Positions 29,432 to 39,306 of a DNA stretch of 64,000 bases are shown here, in pieces (the stretch's first letter is position 1; every line of letters begins with the position of its first letter). The notes beneath the pieces are model-generated. The model had not been told where the DNA came from, did no database searches, and saw only the letters and a list, made by a program, of their open reading frames with translations. The stretch comes from Minisyncoccota bacterium (GTDB lineage: Bacteria > Patescibacteriota > Microgenomatia > UBA1400 > PJMF01), in assembly GCA_018657765.1 (NCBI GenBank), contig JABHWM010000018.1, positions 91,541 through 155,540 of the forward strand, given 5' to 3'. Made by a program: the position numbers and the translations under genes.

Positions 29432-29462
29432 AAAAAAAGCCCCTGCTTTTCAGCAGAGGCTT
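29432..29462 (-). terminator. rpsO terminator (GAAA-loop family)
   Basis: GCCTCTGCT-GAAA-AGCAGGGGC-TTTTTTT on the minus strand. Confidence 0.85.
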
Positions 29463-29487
29463 CCAATTTCTAAAAATTTATTTAAGC

Positions 29488-29757
29488 TTATTTATTTAAA
29501 CCTAATTTTTTAATCAAACCAGCATATCTCTCTTGGCTTCTGCTTTGTAAAAAGCGAAGTAAGCGACGTCTCTTGGAAACCTGCTTAAGAAGACCTCTAC
29601 GAGAGTGGTTGTCTTTTTTGTGTTTCTTAAGATGGTCAGTAAGCTCTTGGATAGAAGCAGTCAATAAAGCCACCTGTACCTCTGGAGATCCTGTATCACC
29701 TTCGAAAAGCTGAAAATCTGTTACTATTTGAGTTTTTTGGGACTTTGTAAGTGCCAT
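29488..29757 (-). CDS. rpsO: 30S ribosomal protein S15
   Basis: [24 protein letters not shown]. Confidence 0.98.
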   Translation of the reverse strand: MALTKSQKTQIVTDFQLFEGDTGSPEVQVALLTASIQELTDHLKKHKKDNHSRRGLLKQVSKRRRLLRFLQSRSQERYAGLIKKLGLNK

Positions 29758-29886
29758 GGTATTTCCTTTCCTTAATAAGCGAGCCTTCGCAAGCTTATAA
29801 AGTAACCTTTATTTATACTTCTGTTAATTTTATTATTAATTAATCAGAGGTGAGATTATATCACACCTGATCAGTTTTTTATTTTT

Positions 29887-31359
29887 CTAATCCTCGTCAT
29901 CCTCTATTTTGTAAGCAACGACTATATCGCCTACCTGGAAATCAAGTTTCTTTTTCTTGAAAGTCAGACCACCTTCGTTTTTTGTCTTGATTACGAGAAT
30001 GTCTTCTTTACCATGCTTCATTCCAGAAATAACTGGGTTAGCAATGATTTCTTCACCACGTTTGAGATGTAAAAGATCAGATCTCTTGATCTCACCAGTC
30101 TTGACTTTTATTCCGGCAATCTTGTCACCTTTCATCTCAAAAATCTGTAAAATCTCTGCTTCACCTGTAGTTATTTCATCAATAGTAGGCTCAAGAATCT
30201 TTAACATTTGTTTTTGAAGATCTTCGATAAGATGATAAATAATGCCGTATTCTTTGACTTTTACACCAAGACTCTTGGCAAAATTCTTTATTTTACGAGG
30301 AACTTTTAGGTTAAAAGCAATAACTAGAGCATTACTAGTCTCTGCCATTTCTAGCTCTCCTTCAGTCACAGGACCTACTCCAGCACTAATAAGGTTGACA
30401 CTATCAGGATCAATATTTTGCTCGATAGCCTCAAGAGTTCCTTTGACATCAGCTTTTACAATCAAGTTCATTTTTATTTTTTCGCCAAATGCACCTTCAA
30501 TATCAAAATCTGCCCATTCATTCACTTCACCAGCAACAGCTTCTTCTTCTACAACTTCTTTTTCTACGTATTCTTTGCCTTGTTCTTTGACGATAGAACC
30601 AACTTCTGGAGCACCTTTAAGACCAACAATCTCTGCAGGAGAACCAGGAAAAACTTCTTTCAAAGATTTTCCATTTTCATCACTAAGAAGTTTTACTCTA
30701 CCTTGAATTTCATCAATAAAAATATCTTGACGGGTAGAAAGAGTACCTTGCTGAACAATCACACTAGCCAAAGAACCTTTACGAGGATCTCTGGAAGACT
30801 CGACCACTACAGCTTCTAAAGGAGCTGAGGCATCTGCCTTAAGTTCTTGAAGTTCTGCCAATAGAGAAATAGTTTCTAGAAGTTTATCAACTCCTTTTCC
30901 AGTTTTTGCAGAAACTTCTACGACTTCGACATCGCCACCAAAATCTTGAACAATTACTTCATGTTCTGCCAATTGAGCTTTAACATCATCTATTCTGATA
31001 CCTTCTACATCTATTTTATTCATTACGACTAAGAAAGGTACTTTAGATTCCTTTATGTATCGTATTGATTCTATAGTTTGTGGTTTGACTCCATCATTTG
31101 CAGCTACAACCAAGATTACGATATCTGTAATTTGAGATCCACGTTGACGCATTTTATTAAAAGCTGCGTGACCCGGTGTATCGATAAAAGTAATTTTATT
31201 ACCCTTGTAATCTATCTGGTAAGCACCGATATGTTGAGTAATTCCACCCTGTTCTTTACCCTGAACATTAGTTTTACGGATGTAATCCAATAAACTAGTC
31301 TTCCCATGATCAACATGACCTAGGATCGTAATAATTGGTGGGCGAGGTGTTAATGCCAT
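29887..31359 (-). CDS. infB: Translation initiation factor IF-2 (no N-terminal domain)
   Basis: RPPIITILGHVDHGKTSLLD, GGITQHIGAY, DTPGHAAF, NKID; 490 aa. Confidence 0.97.
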   Translation of the reverse strand: MALTPRPPIITILGHVDHGKTSLLDYIRKTNVQGKEQGGITQHIGAYQIDYKGNKITFIDTPGHAAFNKMRQRGSQITDIVILVVAANDGVKPQTIESIRYIKESKVPFLVVMNKIDVEGIRIDDVKAQLAEHEVIVQDFGGDVEVVEVSAKTGKGVDKLLETISLLAELQELKADASAPLEAVVVESSRDPRKGSLASVIVQQGTLSTRQDIFIDEIQGRVKLLSDENGKSLKEVFPGSPAEIVGLKGAPEVGSIVKEQGKEYVEKEVVEEEAVAGEVNEWADFDIEGAFGEKIKMNLIVKADVKGTLEAIEQNIDPDSVNLISAGVGPVTEGELEMAETSNALVIAFNLKVPRKIKNFAKSLGVKVKEYGIIYHLIEDLQKQMLKILEPTIDEITTGEAEILQIFEMKGDKIAGIKVKTGEIKRSDLLHLKRGEEIIANPVISGMKHGKEDILVIKTKNEGGLTFKKKKLDFQVGDIVVAYKIEDDED

Positions 31360-31396
31360 ATCGTTGTTATTCTTTCTTTATAAAAGTTAAAGTAAC

Positions 31397-32740
31397 TTAC
31401 TTTGCTTCAGTTTCTTCTACTTTTTCTTCAGTTGATTCTGTCTTTAAAGCTTCTGCATCAGCCAAGAAACTCTTCTCAAGTTCTGCACGAGCTTTCATTC
31501 TAGCTTCTTGCTCTTTTTTATCTGCTTCTACTTTTTTGGTCAAAATCTCTTTTTGATCATCTTCCAGATCTAACATCTCCATCCATTTGTTTTCAAAACG
31601 AACTAAATCATTAAGAGTAGTGAGTTTATGACTAATAAGCTGTTCTCTGGTTTCATCACTAATACCTTTGAAAGTATCAATCTCATATTCTTCTTTACCA
31701 GTAGCTTTGGTCTCGATCTTACCGCTAGCAGACTTGATAGTGATCTTATATTCAGTAAGCTTGGCAGCAAGACGAACATTTTGTCCACCTCTACCAATTA
31801 CCAAAGAAAGTTGATCATCAGGAGCAGTCACTTCTGCTGTCTTTTTCTCTTCATCTACTTCTATCAATAAATTCTCTGCTGGAGCCAAGGCACCTTTGAA
31901 ATATGTAACCATGTCATCAGAGTGAGGAATAATATCGATTTTTTCGTTATTTAATTCTTCGATTACTTTCTGAACACGAACACCACGTTGTCCAACACAT
32001 GAACCAACTGGATCTACACCTTCTTGAACAGAACGGACAGCGAGTTTAGTTCTAACCCCTGCTTCTCTAGCAATTGCTACAACTTCTACTGCACCAGATG
32101 CAACTTCAGGAACTTCACGTTCAAATAACTTGGAAACTAAGTTCTTATCAGCTCTGGAAACAACCACTACCTGACCACGAACTGTTTCACGAATATCTTT
32201 GATATATACAGCAAGACGAGCATTAAGACGATAAAATTCTCCACGCATCTGCTCTTCTGGAGGCATCCAACCATGACCTCTGCCCATATCAATAATTACA
32301 TTACGACGATCCATACGAAGAACTTGACCAGTGATCATGTCACCGATTTTGTCTTGGAACTCAGAGATTATTTGATCTCTCTCTGAGCGACGAATCTTTT
32401 GCAAGATAACTTGCTTTGCAGTTTGAGCAGCAATTCTTCCAAATCCTGCTGGAGTAACATCTTCAGATTTCTTTTCATCCCACTTGGTAGGCTCTAATGT
32501 TTCTTCATCAAACTCCAAGACTGGAGCTTTGAAAATTCTAGCTTCACCTGTTTCTTCATTTAGTTCTGTGTAGTAGTAAAAATCATCATCCAAGAATCCC
32601 ATTTGCTTACGATAAGCAGATACGAGAGCCTGACGAATAGCGTCAAAAATAGCTGATGCTTCGATTTTTCTTTCTGATGCAATTTGAGCAATAGCAGCTG
32701 CGAACTCTGTTCTAGCAGTTGTTGAAATCTTATTAGACAT
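31397..32740 (-). CDS. nusA: Transcription factor NusA
   Basis: FGRIAAQTAKQVI, EVPEV, AREAGVRTK, DPVGSCVG, IGRGGQNVRLA. Confidence 0.97.
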   Translation of the reverse strand: MSNKISTTARTEFAAAIAQIASERKIEASAIFDAIRQALVSAYRKQMGFLDDDFYYYTELNEETGEARIFKAPVLEFDEETLEPTKWDEKKSEDVTPAGFGRIAAQTAKQVILQKIRRSERDQIISEFQDKIGDMITGQVLRMDRRNVIIDMGRGHGWMPPEEQMRGEFYRLNARLAVYIKDIRETVRGQVVVVSRADKNLVSKLFEREVPEVASGAVEVVAIAREAGVRTKLAVRSVQEGVDPVGSCVGQRGVRVQKVIEELNNEKIDIIPHSDDMVTYFKGALAPAENLLIEVDEEKKTAEVTAPDDQLSLVIGRGGQNVRLAAKLTEYKITIKSASGKIETKATGKEEYEIDTFKGISDETREQLISHKLTTLNDLVRFENKWMEMLDLEDDQKEILTKKVEADKKEQEARMKARAELEKSFLADAEALKTESTEEKVEETEAK

Positions 32741-32860
32741 GTTTTTCCTTTTTTATGCTTCTTTTCTGAATATAAACAAATTTTTTAATATTTATTTATT
32801 TTCAAAAAAAGCTTTCTTTTAATTTCAATTTTTTACTAATTTTATCTAGCTAAAGATATG

Positions 32861-32924
32861 AAAAAAGACGTGACCAATATAGTGTCCGTCTTCATCAGTA
32901 TCTAGCCAGGTCATTATTATAACA
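32861..32924 (-). promoter_or_regulatory. nusA promoter followed by a leader terminator (putative attenuator)
   Basis: TGTTATAAT extended -10 at 32924-32916, then AAGACGGAC-ACTATATTG-GTCACGTCTT-TTTT. Confidence 0.6.
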
Positions 32925-32985
32925 CAAGTTAGAGAAATTATTATTAAAATATATTTCTAAAAAAACAAGAATTTGAGAATCTTAG

Positions 32986-34173
32986 TTACTCATAACGCAA
33001 AGCATCTATTGGCTGTAACTGAGCAGCTTGTTTGGCAGGATACCAGCCAAAAATAACTCCAACAGAAGCAGATACTCCAATTGCCAATAAAATAGAAGAT
33101 AAACTAACAATAAACGGAATACTCAACATTGAAGCAGCCAAAAATGTTATAGCAATTCCCAGAGACATTCCAATAATCCCTCCCATCAAAGTCACCACTA
33201 TAGCCTCGATAAGAAACTGCATCAAAATATTATTTTTCTTGGCTCCCAAAGCCTTCAATAAACCTATCTCTTTGGTTCTCTCTGTCACAGTCACCAACAT
33301 AATATTCATTATGCCAATCCCACCCACTACCAATGAAATAGCCGCTATACCAGCCAACATGGCAGATAAAGTCCCGGTCACAGAACTAATAGAAGAAATC
33401 ATTTCTTGAGAACTACGAATACTAAAATCAGCATCCTCCGCATCATCAATATCATGTTGCAACAACAAAATATCCTCAACAGAAGTCTCCATAGACTCGA
33501 CAAGATCACTATCAGAAATCAATAACTCGATACTATTGAGATAATCTTGAGATAAAAGTATCTTTTGAGCCGTATAAAGTGGGACCAAAACACTAGAACT
33601 ATCCGTAATCACCCCAATAATTCTAAAAGTCTTACCGTCTATTCTCACTGATTCACCCACTACTTCTGCATCTTCACCAAACAACTCTGTGACGATTTCA
33701 TCTCCTAGAACAACAACCTTAGATCTAGTTACTACTTGTGACTCTGTAAAAAAAGTTCCTTGAGAAAAATTTAGTTCATGAACATCTTGATAAACAGCCT
33801 CTGCACCAATAATGCTAGATTGCATTGTTTCACCGTCATAACTGAGTTGTTTATTAGTAGAAACCAAAGCAGTCGCTACATCAACATTTTCAAGAAGAGC
33901 TAGAGATTCCACATCATCATAAACTAAAGTGTCAGTCGTAGATCCACCTCCGCCTCCTGGACCTCTACTATTTTTACCAGGTGAAATAGTCAAAACGTTA
34001 GCTCCAAAACTAGCAATTTCTCCAACAATAGATTGGGTAGCCCCTTCACCCAGAGAAATAATAATAATCACTGAAGCAATTCCAATAATTACCCCAAGCA
34101 TCGTCAAAACTGTTCTAATTAAATTAGTTTTTAAAGCATTAATGGCCAGAATAAATAACTCTATAAAATCCAT
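32986..34173 (-). CDS. MacB/FtsX-family ABC transporter permease
   Basis: RTVLTMLGVIIG, GGIGIMNIMLVTVTERTKEIG, PIDALRYE. Confidence 0.95.
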   Translation of the reverse strand: MDFIELFILAINALKTNLIRTVLTMLGVIIGIASVIIIISLGEGATQSIVGEIASFGANVLTISPGKNSRGPGGGGGSTTDTLVYDDVESLALLENVDVATALVSTNKQLSYDGETMQSSIIGAEAVYQDVHELNFSQGTFFTESQVVTRSKVVVLGDEIVTELFGEDAEVVGESVRIDGKTFRIIGVITDSSSVLVPLYTAQKILLSQDYLNSIELLISDSDLVESMETSVEDILLLQHDIDDAEDADFSIRSSQEMISSISSVTGTLSAMLAGIAAISLVVGGIGIMNIMLVTVTERTKEIGLLKALGAKKNNILMQFLIEAIVVTLMGGIIGMSLGIAITFLAASMLSIPFIVSLSSILLAIGVSASVGVIFGWYPAKQAAQLQPIDALRYE

Positions 34174-34881
34174 TTATTTAGACTTTCTTTTGTTTTTACT
34201 ATCTTTTTTAACAAGTCCATCTTGAATACGAATAACTCTTTTGGCAAACTTTGCAATATCTTCTTCATGAGTAATCAAAATAATAGTATGACCTTTTTTG
34301 TTTAACTCCTTGAATAAATTCATGATTTCATGAGCAGTTTTTGTATCTAGATTTCCAGTTGGCTCATCAGCCAAAAGAATAGCTGGTTTCATAACTAATG
34401 ATCTAGCAATAGCCACCCGTTGAATCTGTCCACCAGAGATATGATTAGATAAATTATCTGCTTTATCTTCTAGACCAACTAACTTTAAAGATTCCAAAGC
34501 TCTTTTGTTTCTTTCCACTGGCGAAACACCTCCATACATCATTGGTCGTTCTACATTCTTGAGAACAGAAGTCCTAGGTAAAAGGTTAAAAGATTGAAAG
34601 ATAAAGCCAATTTCTTTGTTTCTAATTTCTGCTAACTCGTCGTCATCATAAGAATCTATTAGTTTTCCTCTCAGGTGATATTCACCAGAAGTAACAAGAT
34701 CCAAAGCTCCAATAATATTCATTATCGTTGACTTACCAGAACCAGAGGGACCCATGATGGCCACAAACTCACCAGAATTAATCGAGAAATTAATATCTTT
34801 CAAAGCTTCATAAGAAACAGGACCAGTCTTGTAAACCTTCCTGACTTTTTTAAAAGAGATAATAACTTTACTAGAAGACAT
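34174..34881 (-). CDS. ABC transporter ATP-binding protein (MacB/LolD type)
   Basis: GPSGSGKST, SGGQIQRVAIAR, LADEPTGNLD. Confidence 0.95.
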   Translation of the reverse strand: MSSSKVIISFKKVRKVYKTGPVSYEALKDINFSINSGEFVAIMGPSGSGKSTIMNIIGALDLVTSGEYHLRGKLIDSYDDDELAEIRNKEIGFIFQSFNLLPRTSVLKNVERPMMYGGVSPVERNKRALESLKLVGLEDKADNLSNHISGGQIQRVAIARSLVMKPAILLADEPTGNLDTKTAHEIMNLFKELNKKGHTIILITHEEDIAKFAKRVIRIQDGLVKKDSKNKRKSK

Positions 34882-34890
34882 GTTTAAACT

Positions 34891-36087
34891 TTATTTTCCA
34901 AATAAACCACCACCAGAGCTACTCTTACCCAATTCGCTAATAATAATCTTCTGTCCTTCTTCAAGACCAGAAGTTATTTCTACATTTGCAGTACCTGTTG
35001 CCCCTATCTTTACAGGTTGATAAATAACTGTTTGACTTTGTTCATCAAAGATTTGAACAGCTTTTTCTCCTTGATATGGCTTGATGGCTGTAATAGGAAC
35101 AACTAAAATATCATTTTTTTCTTGAGTCAAAATATCTACCTGAGCAGTCATGCCTGGCCTAATCTCTTGATCTACTTCATCTAAAGTCAGATAAACATAG
35201 TAAACAGCAACATCAGATATAACCGTTGCGAATTCATCAACTCTTTGAACAGTAGCTGGTAAAGTTGAGCTGGATAAAGCATCTACTTTTACTTCTGCTG
35301 TTTGTCCTGGAGAAATATCTTTAATATCATTCTCATTAATAGCAATCTCTACCCAAGTCTCGGAGTTAGTTTTAATAATCAAAGCCAAATCTGTAGCAGA
35401 AGACATCTGACCTTCAGCCAAAGCCAAGTTAACAACTTGACCATCAATCGTAGCTTTCACTGGACCATCAGCAGTAGCCTGATAAGCTAACCAAGAACTA
35501 CTTACTGCAGCCTGCCCCTGAGAAATTACATCTTTTTGATTCAAATAATTAGCTTCTGAAGCATGCCAATCACGTTCTGTTTGTATAAAAATAGGATCAT
35601 CTACAGATAACTCTGTATCAAGTGCACGAGCCTCAAAATCTTCATGAGCAGCCCACATCTTGGATTCTAGAGAATTAAGATTTGCTTTTGCAGATTCTAG
35701 ACTATTTTTGGCTGATAAATAACTAGAGTAAGCTTTGCTTCTCTCGGCCTCCGTAGCACTACTAACAACATAAAACAACTTATCACCTCTTTTTACTTCA
35801 GCTCCATTTTCTACATAAACCTCTGTAACTACACCATCTATAGTGCTGTTTATCTCTACTTTGTTGGAAGTAGTAATACTACCAGTTTCAGAGACTTGCT
35901 CGATAATATTACCTCTACTCACCTGACCAAACTTATAAGTAGGACCTTCTTCTTCTTTATTTAGTTGCCCATTAGCAATAAATACGACAGTAACCGCAAC
36001 AGTAATAATTAATAATTTTTGAAATTTTGTCTTGTTTTTAAATTTATTTAAAACAGACAATCCCAATGATTTTATTTTTTTTATCAT
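34891..36087 (-). CDS. MacA/HlyD-family membrane fusion (adaptor) protein
   Basis: N-terminal TM anchor, GVVTEVYVENG lipoyl half-motifs, coiled coil, RPGMTAQV. Confidence 0.9.
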   Translation of the reverse strand: MIKKIKSLGLSVLNKFKNKTKFQKLLIITVAVTVVFIANGQLNKEEEGPTYKFGQVSRGNIIEQVSETGSITTSNKVEINSTIDGVVTEVYVENGAEVKRGDKLFYVVSSATEAERSKAYSSYLSAKNSLESAKANLNSLESKMWAAHEDFEARALDTELSVDDPIFIQTERDWHASEANYLNQKDVISQGQAAVSSSWLAYQATADGPVKATIDGQVVNLALAEGQMSSATDLALIIKTNSETWVEIAINENDIKDISPGQTAEVKVDALSSSTLPATVQRVDEFATVISDVAVYYVYLTLDEVDQEIRPGMTAQVDILTQEKNDILVVPITAIKPYQGEKAVQIFDEQSQTVIYQPVKIGATGTANVEITSGLEEGQKIIISELGKSSSGGGLFGK

Positions 36088-36107
36088 AATATTCTTTTCC
36101 AGTCTAT

Positions 36108-36494
36108 CTATTTTCTATCTCCAGGACCACCACCTGCTCCAGGACCTCCTCCTGTCCCAGGGCCAGTCCCAGTAGAGTGTCTTACTGTACGCATTATCGA
36201 TCCAAAAATACTAGTCTCTCTCTCTGGTAAATTACTTGCTCTATCTTCTTCTAATTTTTCTTGAATTTCTTCTTCACTTAATCCTTGAGATTCCCAGAAC
36301 TCAACTAATTTCTTTTGTTGAATCTGAGTAGCTTCTCTACGAACGGCTGATTGTTTTTGAAATTTAAGAAATTGAAATGCTGTAAATATAGAAACAACAC
36401 CAAGTAATATTAAAACCCATTTTAACCAGGATTTTTTATTTTTTTTTGAACCAACTGTCTTTTTTGTTTTTTGTTTGTCTGTATTTTCTTTCAT
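36108..36494 (-). CDS. Membrane-anchored hypothetical protein, first gene of the ABC operon
   Basis: Basic N-terminus, one TM helix, Gly/Pro-rich tail. Confidence 0.7.
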   Translation of the reverse strand: MKENTDKQKTKKTVGSKKNKKSWLKWVLILLGVVSIFTAFQFLKFQKQSAVRREATQIQQKKLVEFWESQGLSEEEIQEKLEEDRASNLPERETSIFGSIMRTVRHSTGTGPGTGGGPGAGGGPGDRK

Positions 36495-36556
36495 GAGCTT
36501 AATTCTATAGAACTAAGTTGAGAAAGTCTTGAGAGTTTTACAATTAGTTAATATAG

Positions 36557-36817
36557 TTAATACTGATCATGTGTTACCAAATCAAAAAATACATACTCAC
36601 TACCATCTTTAATACCCAAAGCTCTTAAATCTCCAGTAATCCAAATAGCATATTGCCTGGATCTTTTCCCCTGAAGCTTATGTATTTTTAGTGATGGATG
36701 CTTATGGTTTTGTTGAAACAAAGAAAATTGTTTAGCTAATTCTAGCCTTAATTTAGGATCTTTCTTGCAAAATTTTTGAGCTTTTTTTTGAAATGTTTTT
36801 GTTAGAGAGAAGTTCAT
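36557..36817 (-). CDS. RelE/YafQ-family toxin
   Basis: 86 aa, basic, HPSLKIHKLQG, GDLRA, ends HDQY; 4-bp ATGA overlap with the upstream gene. Confidence 0.85.
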   Translation of the reverse strand: MNFSLTKTFQKKAQKFCKKDPKLRLELAKQFSLFQQNHKHPSLKIHKLQGKRSRQYAIWITGDLRALGIKDGSEYVFFDLVTHDQY

Positions 36818-37074
36818 AACTCCTCAAAAAATTGTTTTGCATCAGTGACTTTAGTAGTTTTACCAGCTCTATGTTCTGCTAGGGCTTCCAAACCTTTTCT
36901 CTCTGTTTTTTCACTCATTTCATAAACAGGAGTTATTCCCTGTTTTAGAATCTGAGCAGTAGCTTGAGCAATAAAGAATTTAGCAGTCTTGGGAACATTG
37001 TAACCAAGTTGAGTACCATATCCAGCCAAAATAGCTGCTTCTTGATCAGTTAGGGTAAGTTGAACTTTTGTCAT
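36814..37074 (-). CDS. Antitoxin (RelB-like)
   Basis: 86 aa; RHH-like N-terminus and ALAEHRAGKT...FFEEL tail; coupled to the toxin. Confidence 0.8.
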   Translation of the reverse strand: MTKVQLTLTDQEAAILAGYGTQLGYNVPKTAKFFIAQATAQILKQGITPVYEMSEKTERKGLEALAEHRAGKTTKVTDAKQFFEEL

Positions 37075-37225
37075 AATGGGTAAAATATAGCATAAAAGTA
37101 GTAAAAATACAATACTTTTTGATAAAAAACCAATTATCCTTAGCTTAGTTTTTCTGATACTTAGCTAGGAAAGTTAAGTCCACCCAGCTTACGTTGGAGA
37201 AATTAAATAAAGAAGTAAAGAAGTG

Positions 37226-38101
37226 TTAAAGCCCAGCCTTTTGCAGCTCTTTTATCAACTTCTTCTGTCCTCTAGAGAGTTTTTCTGGAATATCCACTAC
37301 AATTCTGACATAAAGATCACCTTTACCTCTTGATTGTAGATGACTCACCCCTTCACCTCGCAGACGAATCAAGCTGTGAGATTGAGTGCCTGGTCTGATC
37401 TTCATCTTAAGGTTATCTTCAGTCAAGGTAGGGACCTCTACTTTACCGCCCAGAAGAGCCATACTGATAGATATCTTTTGAACCACAAAAACATCATAGC
37501 CTTCTCGTTTGAAACGATCATGAGTCTTTACATCGATAGTTACATCAAAATCTTTAAAACGAATTCTAGTACCATCATTAGCACCAGCAGGAACCTTTAT
37601 TTTTTGGGTTTTCCCCTCGATAGTAACTTCTTTGGTTACTCCATGAACAGCCTCCATGAACTCTATGGTCAAACCATATCTGGAACGACGAGCCGCTCTA
37701 CCTCCAAAACCACCACCAAAAAATGACTCAAAAATATCGAAAGGGTCATTAAAATCAAAATCAGCTCCAGATTGACCTCCCTGACCGCCTGAGTTCTGGT
37801 AACCCCAGGTAAATGGACCAGATTGAGCACCACTGAAGGGATTTCCTGCTCCACCGCCAAAACCACCGCTAGATGGGTCAAAAGCAGCATGTCCGAATTG
37901 ATCATATTGTTGACGTTTTGTTTTATCAGATACTACTTGGTAAGCTTCATTTATTTCCTTGAACTTTTCTTCTGCATCTTTGGCTTTATTTTTGTCTGGG
38001 TGGAACTTGAGAGCCATCTTGCGATAAGCAGATTTTACCTCTGCAGCAGTAGCTGTTTTGGAAACACCTAGAATTTCATAGTAATCACGTTTGGTAGCCA
38101 T
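37226..38101 (-). CDS. dnaJ: DnaJ-family co-chaperone without zinc finger (class B)
   Basis: DYYEILGV, HPD, G/F-rich region, DIF motif, C-terminal domain; no CxxCxGxG repeats. Confidence 0.9.
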   Translation of the reverse strand: MATKRDYYEILGVSKTATAAEVKSAYRKMALKFHPDKNKAKDAEEKFKEINEAYQVVSDKTKRQQYDQFGHAAFDPSSGGFGGGAGNPFSGAQSGPFTWGYQNSGGQGGQSGADFDFNDPFDIFESFFGGGFGGRAARRSRYGLTIEFMEAVHGVTKEVTIEGKTQKIKVPAGANDGTRIRFKDFDVTIDVKTHDRFKREGYDVFVVQKISISMALLGGKVEVPTLTEDNLKMKIRPGTQSHSLIRLRGEGVSHLQSRGKGDLYVRIVVDIPEKLSRGQKKLIKELQKAGL

Positions 38102-38280
38102 ATGTTTTCCTTAGAAAGGTAATCTGAATTATCTTGATTTAATATTTAATTAATAATCTTTATTTCTATTTTGCTATCTGCTTTACTATCTTCAAACCTC
38201 TGGTAAGAGTCTATTTTGATAATATTTTCTAGCAACCTTTTTATAGGTGGAGTGATTGTAACAGGGAAAAGAGGAAAAAT

Positions 38281-38307
38281 TAAGCAGAGAAATGGTGGGA
38301 GTGCTAA
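38281..38307. promoter_or_regulatory. CIRCE-like operator upstream of dnaJ
   Basis: TAAGCAGAG-N9-GAGTGCTAA (one perfect half-site); TGTTACAAT -10 lies just downstream on the minus strand. Confidence 0.65.
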
Positions 38308-38436
38308 AGAAGATAATTAAAAAGAAATCTTAAGAACCTGAGTTCGCAAACGAAGTGCAACACTTTCGCGCGGTAGAATACCGCAAGAAAGGAAGGCATG
38401 AAGTACACACAGCTGAAAGAATTAAGTCCTATAATA

Positions 38437-38465
38437 TTGACAATATAAGACTATTATTATATAAT
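38437..38465 (+). promoter_or_regulatory. Consensus sigma70 promoter
   Basis: TTGACA-17 bp-TATAAT, then AAGGAGG SD before the ATG at 38515. Confidence 0.9.
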
Positions 38466-38514
38466 GGACAGTTAGAGCTCGTTAAAAATCCCCAATATAA
38501 GGAGGTACAGTCGC

Positions 38515-39231
38515 ATGAAGCGTCTTACCCTATTATTTATTCTGTTCGCTAGCTTGTTAGTTGGCTGCAATGGTCAGGAAATTCCTGAATGTGGAGATAC
38601 TGTTTTCAACACTCCTCATATTACTATTGCTACTGCTTTCTGGATCGAAACTGATGCTGTCAAACAGCAGATGCTTAATCAAGAAAGTTGCCAATTTGAA
38701 AATTCTACCTACACTGTAGGAAAAATTGGAGAACAACAAGTTCTATTGTTCGAAACTGGTGTTGGCTCTGAAAAAGCCATTGCTAGTACAAATAGAATCG
38801 TTTCAAATTTCGAAATAGAAATCATTATTTTCTCTGGTATTGCCGGAGGAATTGAAGATTCAGCCATAGGCACAACTTTTGTGCCATATAAATGGTTTGA
38901 TCTGGAAACTGGAGAAAGTGTCTTTGTTAATGAATCACTTCTCTCTCTAGTAACTAGAGAACAAATAACTGGCATAACATCGCCAGAATTTGTAAGCGAT
39001 CCAGAAATAGTAGAGTTTATAAGGAGTAATTTTCAAGCAATTGTTGTGGATATGGAAACATACCACGTAGCCAAGATTGCCTCTGAAAATAATATTCCTT
39101 TTATTGCCTTCCGCAGTGTGAGCGATCATGCTGATGGGGATAAAAAGAGAGAATCTTATCAACAAGCTGCCAATGCAAGTGCAGTTCAAGTGATAGATTT
39201 TATCTGGCTCTATAGTAACACCTCTCCTTAA
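38515..39231 (+). CDS. Lipoprotein of the MTA/SAH nucleosidase (PNP_UDP_1) family
   Basis: Lipobox LVG-C18; GVGSEKA, FSGIAGG, VDMET, FRSVSDHAD. Confidence 0.88.
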   Translation: MKRLTLLFILFASLLVGCNGQEIPECGDTVFNTPHITIATAFWIETDAVKQQMLNQESCQFENSTYTVGKIGEQQVLLFETGVGSEKAIASTNRIVSNFEIEIIIFSGIAGGIEDSAIGTTFVPYKWFDLETGESVFVNESLLSLVTREQITGITSPEFVSDPEIVEFIRSNFQAIVVDMETYHVAKIASENNIPFIAFRSVSDHADGDKKRESYQQAANASAVQVIDFIWLYSNTSP

Positions 39232-39248
39232 AAACGAGAGGTGTTTTC
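39217..39248 (+). terminator. Intrinsic terminator overlapping the nucleosidase stop codon
   Basis: AACACCTCTC-N9-GAGAGGTGTT-TT. Confidence 0.75.
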
Positions 39249-39306
39249 ATTTAATTAGAAAAATATATAATTCCCAATTTAATATAATAGTTAGAGTCTT
39301 ATAGTA

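Noticed and set aside
29765-29800. S15 autoregulatory leader upstream of rpsO
   Set aside because: A small hairpin (ATAAGC...GCTTAT) is present but too short to assign to a known S15 leader family by eye.
32986-37074. ABC exporter and TA pair as a novel system or mobile element
   Set aside because: Ordinary MacAB-type cluster and RelBE-type pair; no integrase, transposase or flanking repeats seen.
38355-38552. 65-aa plus-strand ORF before the nucleosidase
   Set aside because: It runs through the consensus promoter and SD of the real gene and overlaps it out of frame.
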